Below, one piece after another: positions 55,032-64,000 of a DNA stretch of 64,000 nt. A program made the translations under genes and the position numbers. Every line of letters begins with the position of its first letter. Within the stretch, counting starts at the first letter, position 1. The notes beneath the pieces were generated by a model. That model did not search any database. It saw only the letters and a list, made by a program, of their open reading frames with translations, and was not told where the DNA came from. Source of the stretch: Chrysomallon squamiferum (lineage: Eukaryota; Animalia; Mollusca); the NCBI GenBank assembly GCA_012295275.1, contig CM022678.1:12586001-12650000 (forward strand), written 5' to 3'.

Positions 55032-56038
55032 TGTGTGCAAGTCTTTTTGTGTTTTTAGCATATATGTGAGACCCTTTTAATTGGTTACTGTAGATATGCG
55101 AGTTTTTTAATGCAGTTGTGTAGGTGTGTTAAAGAGCATTTTAATTCATATCATTGTGTATAGATACGTAGTATGAATATGCAGATTTCTACAAGTTCAT
55201 ATAATTATTTAATCTTAATGCACACTGCAGCCCAAATGACAGACTAAACATATTGTAGTCGTTTTGTACAGCTGAAAGAGATCAGTTTTTACACACACAT
55301 AAGAGATTATATTCAGTTGTTGAAAATTCATACACATATATAGTTTATATCTGTAGTATATGCAAATATATATAACTATTATAATCATTCGTCACAGTTT
55401 CTTAATTACACAGTCAGCGGGTACACCATACGCGCAAACCCTGGACAAGTAACGAGCAAATATTTTAATAGGGTCATTAGCCCTTGAAAGGTAACACCTC
55501 TTATGCGCTGGGCTCTGTGACAGCATGTCAAAATAACGGACTACTTATCAGGACGTTGTTAATAATAATAATAATGATGGTCAGTGTTGACATCAGATTC
55601 CCCGCTATTCGCACCCACTGTTTTAGAGATAATAATCTACAGTTTACTCCCATTGGTCGAATTCCCAATGTGTTGAAAGGCTAAATATGGTTCAGTGGTT
55701 TTATTGACATGCATGTTTTTACTTCAGTCACTATAATGAACTGTTCCAGATTATATGGAAACCGATTATTATTGTATAAATACAATATACCGCTTTAACG
55801 ACCTTTTTTCTTTCCAAATTATATAAAAGAAATTTAATTGCTTGAAATAAATGATACAAATGGATACAATGCATGTGTTTAATTCCATTTTCGTTCGTTT
55901 TTCATTAATTCACGAGCTTCCCACAACTATGTTGATCAGTTGACACGCAGACGTCATACATATATGTAATGTTCAGATTCTTTTATTTTCAGACTTAACT
56001 CTTTTGTAATTTACATTTTCAAAACGAATAACAGTACG

Positions 56039-56113
56039 CCAGCAATTGCTGATGATAAAAAGAAACGGAAGACAATAACTTCAGAAACAAAATACGATAT
56101 TTTAAATGAACAC
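56039..56113 (+). mobile_element. pogo/Tigger N-terminal HTH remnant
   Basis: PAIADDKKKRKTITSETKYDILNEH matches the KKRK.IT.E.K..I pattern. Confidence 0.55.
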
Positions 56114-57058
56114 AAAACCCAAAATGAACCCCACAAAGAGCGGCATATAATTATTTTTTAATCTATTTGTATAAATTGATTTGTAAATGATTTATTGTTT
56201 GTTTAATATCTGTGATCTATTAAATCATTTATGTCTACATTGCCGTTTTATTTCTCCTTATTTAACATTTCCTTTTATATCAAATTTCAATTGCGAAGAA
56301 CGTAACTACTGTTTTAACCTTAATTCTATACCTCACGAATTCAACCCAAGGGTAAGACACCGTTTATTTTGATCAGTCTCATCTCAGATTACCAGCTATT
56401 CTTAAACTAATGGTTATAATACTTAAAACTCTATCTATCTATCTACACACACACACACAGTTAAACGATATTTTTTAGAAAGCCACATCAAACTACCATT
56501 CAGTTACTTAAATTACCTAGGAAAGACCACAGTGTTTTAACACTGCTGTCTCAGAGTGGTGCTGAGACTGGAACTTCAGCAGACACACAAACACCAGCGC
56601 ATCTCCCCAAACAACACCTCAACGTACATACAATTATATAATTCTTAAGGAAATCTATCATCTATTATATATTGGTGAGACTGTTGGTCTCCGTCTCACA
56701 TAGCTTATATAATTGTTACATATTTAAGAGGAGACTGTTGTCTCTGTCACAAACACAATGTCACTAGTGGATGTCAGAGGAGGTCACAAGAACTCGTACA
56801 ATGCATTATTCCATTGCACTGTGTTTTTCTTGAATACAGGAAATATAGCATCTAATAAAGAAAACAAAAGTAATTACAATTTATAAAGCATGTTTATTAT
56901 GTTAATTTTTGATGGCATTACAATACACTCCATATTAATAATAACAACCATTATAATAAAATAAAATACTACAAAAATCTAAAAGAAATTAGTGAAACAG
57001 TAAATTCATTTCAACAATATTCATATTTAGTACTTACTCATTTACTATATTGGTCACA

Positions 57059-57099
<41 letters not shown>

Positions 57100-58091
57100 T
57101 AATAACAGTTATTATATTTCTCATTTAGATTCAAAATAATACACACACAAATGTGCTGAACTGGTAATCAGATGCCATCTATCTCGTGTACAATAATGGA
57201 TTCACCTTCCCAGTTGTTGCACAATCAGCTTAGGAATTAATTAAGCAATTGATCCCTATTACGATTTACCAGAAGTCAAAACAAAAAACAGCAAAGTTTA
57301 ATTAAAGTGGTTTAATTACTGGAAACTTAGTTAATTTCCTGCGTTGCTAATCCCACAAAAACAGCAGCTTAAGACAACCGCACTATCACGTGACTTGCAC
57401 AGCCAATCAGACCAAGTATTTTGTTAATCTGATTTCATGTTTCTGAAAGTGGAAACAAAAGCATCTTGTGACAATCTTAGAGAAAACTTGTTATGGCACT
57501 TTATCATAACACATCTTGTAGAAAGCCAGTCAGCAACTACGAAAAGTCAAATTAAACATATACAAAGAATATAAAATATGTGTGTATATATATACATCTA
57601 TATATATATATATATATATATTAGAACATACATATCAAAAATTTAATGTAATTAAAAATGCATGTAAGTGTTTGCTATTTAAATTCATTCAGTATATTCT
57701 ACTGATTAAATAGAAGTAAAAATAAATAAATATATCCCCAATTAATAATAATAATATTGATAAATATATAAATAAACATTTTTTTTAAAAATGAATTTTT
57801 TCTTTCTTATTCAGTATATGAAGACAAAATAAATGTATGAAAAATATTAATTGCTTATAATAGCCAAGTATTACAAAGTATTACAAACAATATATTTAAA
57901 AATATATATATATCAGTGTATTCAAAAAATACACATAAACTAACACATTTCATACCTGGTTTATGTAATAGTGGCATAACCAGCAAAGGTTAGCACATTA
58001 CACAATATTTTCTGTTTTCCATAATTGAAAAACAAATGACTAAATTAAAAGTAAATCATTATAAAGCTCTTTTCATTCATCGAAAGTCAAC

Positions 58092-58151
<60 letters not shown>

Positions 58152-58896
58152 TAAAAAATATTCCAACTTACATTTACTTTACTAATGATTCACTATTTTG
58201 TAATTATTAATGTTATATGTAAAAAATATCATGTCAATGAAGATTTACATTTGCTTTATAAATTGTTACTGTCTATTTTCTAATGCTAATTTAATCAAAT
58301 GTAAACATTATATGAATGTATCTTCTAATTAATAGAGAGAAAAATGCAGATGCTTTCTTTTGTAAGCAATAACAGTAAAAAATATATATATATCAAAAAT
58401 TATATTTTAATTTAAAATACAAATTTATTTATTAAAACCACAAAAAAAAAAAAATGAAAATACCAGTTTACTTAAAATAAACATAGTAACATTTTCATTT
58501 AGTTTTACAGAACTATACTACTTTACTTAATATAAACATAGTAAAATATTCAGAAATGCAGATTAATTTTGTCAAACAAAAAATATACATTAAAAATTTT
58601 GCACCCAACTTTAAAACACAACTTTAATTACTATATCCTACTTAACAGATACTTTCACACATGTATTTCAGGATGAAGTAGAAAATTAAGATCCACTTTG
58701 TACCATAGAAATAAAAAACAAAATTTAGGTTTCTTCACAACAATTATTCTGTTTATTATGAACAGCAGTTTTATACAAAAATGTTATTTCTGCACAACTT
58801 TAAAATGTTCTCACTAGCTGATCTTCCATTTAAAGTGATAGTCTATGTGTATAATGTAATAAATTGAAAAGTTGAGAGTTTCATATCAAAATGTAT

Positions 58897-61800
58897 TTAT
58901 GTTTTACTATCCTTATAAGAAATAAGAAAATTTTCTTTTTGTGACAAAGAAGTATTTCTATTAGCTGTGTCAACAGGAGTTTGACCCCTGGAATTAATAA
59001 CAAATATATCAGCACCTTTATCAATCAATGCGCTCACAATTTTCTCACAATCATATTCAACTGCTATGTGTAGAATAGAATTGTTATCATCGTCTGTTAC
59101 ATTAGGATTAGCTCCATGATCCAGTAAAAACAAAACTAATGTCATAATATAAGGGTACACACTTTCATAAGTGGAACCAGAATGTTTTACGTTATTCATG
59201 GCTAAAAGAAGAGCAGTTTCACCTTGAGAGTTCTTGGCATTTACATCAACATGCTTTTCAATCAGTTCTTTTACAATATCTAGATATAAACATTTAGCTG
59301 CTAAGTGTAAAACAGAATTGTTAACTTTGTCTGTTGACTTGGGATCAGCTCCTTCTTTTAGTAAATATAAAGCTACTTTGTTCTTATTAGAGTTCACAGC
59401 TGTAATAAGAGGAGATTCACCGTTACCGTTTTTAATGTTTACTTCAAAACCACCTTCAATTAGTGCTGTCACAATTTCCATATTTCCATGTTTGGCTGCT
59501 ATGTGTAAAGCAGTATTGTTATATTTGTCTGTTAAATTATGATCAACTCCACATTCCAGTAAATACAAAACTACTTTGTTATGTCTACAGTTAACAGCTG
59601 TCAAAAAAGGTGTTTCACCTTTGCAGTTTTTGATATTTACATGAACACATTTTTCAATCAATGTTGTCATTATTTCCATATTTCCATGTTCAGCTGCTAG
59701 ATGTAAAGCAGAATTTTTATCATTGTCTGTTAAATTAGGATCAGCTCCATGTTCTAGTAAATGAAAAGCTGTTTTGTTATTATAAGAGTACACAGCTGGA
59801 AGTTTGTAAAAATCATATTTGTTGTTATTAAGAACTGTAAGAAGAGGTGTTTCACCTTTACTGTTTTTAGTATTTATATCAAAACCTTTTTCAATCAGTG
59901 TTGTTACAATTTCTGTTTTTCCACATTTAGCTGCTAAGTGTAAAACAGAAATGTCTGTTAAATCAGGATCATCTCCTTGTTTTAGTAAACTAGCATCTCT
60001 CTTTATCAGTAATTTTAACTTATCTACATTATTATGCAGATCTGATACCTGGAGAGATGTGTCTGAAGGCAGCAATTCAAACAGATGGAATCTAGTTTTG
60101 TCTTCATACAACTGAATCAACTTCTTGCTAACTGCTACATTCACATTAGGATCAGCTCCTTTATCAAGAAGACACTGAACAACATCAGCACTGTTAAACA
60201 TCACTGCCACTTTCAGTACCTGGCTTTTTTTCCAGTTGTTCTCATCTTTATCATTACACCTCTGATCAATGAGAAAATTCACTGTATCAGCAACTCCCCA
60301 TATTGCTGCTGCTAAAAGTACTTTATCTCTGTTCTCATCATTTAAACAATCAGGTTTCAGTTTTACTATTTCTGTTATAAAACTTGAAGTACTCTGACAA
60401 GCAGCAATGATAGCAATGTCTTTAATTTTGTTTATTATATCAATGGTAACCAGTTTCTTAAAAAGATGGCTTCCATCAACAACTTCAGAAGTTTCAAAAT
60501 ATGTGTGACTTGCCTTATAACTTGGGTTAAGTTTTACTTGTCTATGATACCTAACCAATAACAGCTTAATGGCTTTTTCCTTGATTTTACTGTTGTGTTT
60601 CTTATTTTGTATCATGTCAGCTAACAGACATGCAATCGTCATGTTACCTGAACAAATAGAAGCAAGTAAGAGATGTGAATATTCATTCAAGTTCATCACT
60701 TTTTCAATTTCAATTCTGTGTAATAGTTCTTCGAGTATGGTATCACTGTCTGTTTTTGAACAAGCAGCTGCACTCAATGAATCAAATGTTGGAATAATAC
60801 CTGATTTTAGCAACATTCTCACAACATCTTCATCACCAAACAAACAAGACATATCCAAAAGTTCTTTTAGATTTGTTAATTTCATTTTAAGCATATTTTC
60901 TGTGAAAAATCTTGACAATGTTCTTATTCCATTCACAATACATTCACTTTGAAAAGATGATGAAATTGTAAATCTTTCTTCAATTTCCAAATACCAAATG
61001 AAACTAGGATTCGCTGAATAACTGTCAAGAAGATGTGAAATATTTCTAAATATTTTATTAACAGTGTCTACATTTACAGATGATATATAAAAATATTCCA
61101 TTTGATGTTTATGTAGTTTTTGATGCAGTATTTCAGACAATTTATCATTAAAGTATTTTTGCTCTATGAGATACTTCACAAACTCTTCATCTTTCAGTGA
61201 TGGATGTGAAATAATTTCTTTGGCCTCACTTGATGTCATCAAGTCAGTAAATCTGCGAGCAAGAACATCAAAGCTGTTAGGTCTAACAGTCATTGTAATG
61301 TGACTTTTGTTAGACACTCCAGGCGTCACAACATATTCTAACAACATGGAGACAGGACACACTTCCAGGAACTCTGCTGCTTTCTTTGGAAACTCTGATG
61401 AAAACATCATAAACAAAGAGTCAAACACTGACTGGTAAATAAATGTGTATTTGTTGTCAGAAAACTTCAAATAGGTGCCACACATTGCATCAGCTGTTTT
61501 CTTGATATGTGTGAGATCAGTGTTTTTTACACTCTGACAGACTTGCTCTAGCAGTCTTATTAATTTCATTATGTCACTGTCAGTGTCATTTTCAGATGAA
61601 TTCAGTGAATCAATGCTGAGACTGCCTTGTCGGAAAAAGATCAGCAGAAGAACCAGGTAATTGATTTGAGAAGATTTATCATTTTTCAAATATTCCAGTT
61701 GTTGTTTGAGACATTCTACAGGTTTCTCAAAAAACGTAACTCCTTTTTTTTGCATCACTTGAATTAACATAATACACACACACCTGAGGAAATCCTAACT

Positions 61801-64000
61801 CTGTACATGAACAGCAAATGACAGTCTCTGTATTGATTTCATTCAGTGAAACATTCTTTTGTATGAGATATTTGTTTAGAATTCTTTTCTTTTCATCGTA
61901 ATCCAGACAACATTCATCACTCTGCAGGTCTAGGAGATGATTCTCATTAAACAGATCAAATTCCTTCAGACTGTCTCTAACTTCTGTAAATATTTGTTTT
62001 CTTAAAGAAATAATACACATCATATGCCGATTCTGAACAAGACTCCACATCTTTGGAAACAGCCATTTCCAAGATGACACAAAATCTAATATAAGATTAG
62101 TCTTACCAAATATATCATCAATGAGAATAATACATGTTTTATATGGAGATAGAGGGATGTCATTGAAATCAGAGTGATGATTCACGATGTAAGATTCTGT
62201 TGTTTCTTCTTTCTCAATCTGTTTAATCATGTTCAAAGCTAGAGTTGTCTTTCCTGAACCTGGACTTCCTACTACAATAACAACACCATTCTTTTTCAAA
62301 AGTGCTACACCTCTTTCTTCTGCTCTTGTTTTAACATAGACTCTCCAGTCAAGTGAGTTTAACAATGCCCTGGCAGACTCTGTATCACAACCAAAAAAAT
62401 TAACACCTATTATTAAAGAATTTTAAATATATTTTACCATTTAAATATATATAATATAGTTTTTAACTAGTCATCAGATGTGAATTGTTTAAAATAAAAG
62501 AGCATAATTTTTGTTCATCAGAATTTAATGACAATGCTAAGATGTCACAATTTTAGATGGTGTAAAAGTGACATGATGATTATCTTCTTATAAATTAACA
62601 TCTTTCAGAAGTAAAAAAATAAAATAAAATAAAATAATACCTTTGATACTGGATGCTCGTCCATCAATCTCTGCTGAAATCATATAAAAATAAAACAAGT
62701 TTATAATTTAGATTTCAGTAAGAGAGAATGATTAAAGTGATCTTATAGTTACTCTGTACTTTATTCATGGAACAGTCAATATATAACATTATTATTATTA
62801 TTATAGCTATCTATTTTACTACAATTATTAAAACTACTATTGTTATAGTTTTTGTTCATGTTGTTATTATTATTATGTTCTTTGTACTGTATTTCAGTAG
62901 TTGCAAGTGATAATAACAACACATACATTGGCTTGTTTAATTTATTCAGATTATCTTAATAAAATCTAGTTAAGAGTTGTGATTCTTATAATTTGTGTGT
63001 GTGTGTTTGGGTGGGACGTCATAAGCGCACAAGACAAATGCGTGCCAACAAAACCATGCTAGCAATAACAATTGTTATTATTGTTATTATTATTTTAATT
63101 ATTATTTAAGAAACAGTATGCAAATCATAAACTTCAAACAGTTACAAATTATAAGCATTGCTAGGTAGTCCATGACTTCAATTTCTTCAAACTGTCCAGC
63201 AAGTGTTAGGAGGGCTGCTTTGGCTCTCACAAACATGGACATTTTTTAAATTACTGCTTGGCCAGCATTAACATGTTATGACATTTTTCATATGGGACTG
63301 GTCTGATGTGACTGCTTTGGGTTAAATTGTTTAATTTAACAACTTACAAACATTATTTCCCATATATAAAGCATCCACTGCACACAGTATGAATCAAATC
63401 TGTCATTTGTTAGCATTACTGAATAAACCAATATATATTTTAAAGTGTAAAATTCTTTACATTAAATCTCTGCATTTATGTATTGTCTATATTTGTTTGC
63501 GTGAATGTTGTTCAGGACAGTGTGTTTGACAGAAAAGTAGGCCTACTAATGAGTACTGTGATGTGTATTCTGTTATCTATTAAATGGGCAGGCAAAAGAA
63601 AATTCTCAGATTTCAACTTACTAATTAAATTTTTATTTTTTTCCTGTATCTGCTGTCACTCAGGCCAATGTTGTTGAGGTCATAAATGTCATTAATTTTA
63701 ACCATGTGCAAACAATCGTTCAGCATACCACAAAATTAGCAAGAATGAAAAATGAGTTACACAAGGATGGTTTTGCACAACCCTTTTGTGAACTAAACAA
63801 TTTCTGCAGACTTGATAGTGTGTAGACATGTACAGATGTAGATGTATGCATTACATTTGTGTTTGCTTGTGTTGGTCATACTGTTTGATGGTAAAATACT
63901 ACCAATTAATGTGACATATAGTTCTGTTATCTATCAAGTATGTTTCAGTTTTTAACTTACTGATTTCCTCAGCTTCACATCCTGATACAGTATTTCTGTT
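58897..64000 (-). CDS. NLR-like nSTAND3-type NTPase-ankyrin paralogue, copy B; 5'-partial, one frameshift
   Basis: Last exon 58897-62379 joins ORFs 61727-62365 and 58897-61779 across a frameshift in the T8 run at 61744-61751. It also has a 33-nt exon at 62641-62673 (EIDGRASSIK) and an exon from 63961 running past the window end (NRNTVSGCEAEEI). Same Walker A/B as copy A; ~11 ankyrin repeats. Confidence 0.85.

Overview
AT-rich, intron-containing animal DNA, most consistent with a mollusc, probably a gastropod (inferred from gene content and a SINE I recall from gastropods; unverified). 2.3-7.3 kb holds the last seven coding exons of phosphatidylserine synthase 1 (PTDSS1, +). 15-17.3 kb is a disabled minus-strand gene with a 42-bp coiled-coil repeat. 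19.8-24 kb is a mosaic of decayed exons, including a cyclase-associated protein (CAP) fragment. The main feature is a tandem pair of minus-strand NLR-like STAND (nSTAND3-type) NTPase-ankyrin genes: copy A at 31357-39671 is complete, and copy B at 58897 to beyond 64000 has one homopolymer frameshift. Splicing copy A by hand gives an N-terminus missing from the ORF track: an SV40-type NLS, a Ser/Thr-rich linker and an 87-nt phase-1/phase-1 exon encoding a RHIM-like motif (NITDCNNFQIGDNCEI) just ahead of the NTPase. The two paralogues are near-identical in the core but differ sharply in their ankyrin arrays (435-bp expansion, ~93-aa deletion, variable loops). This suggests a candidate amyloid-signalling receptor family with a diversifying sensor. 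Between the copies lie pogo/Tigger remnants, foldback repeats and an intact orphan TM9SF1 exon; a SINE sits in a copy A intron.
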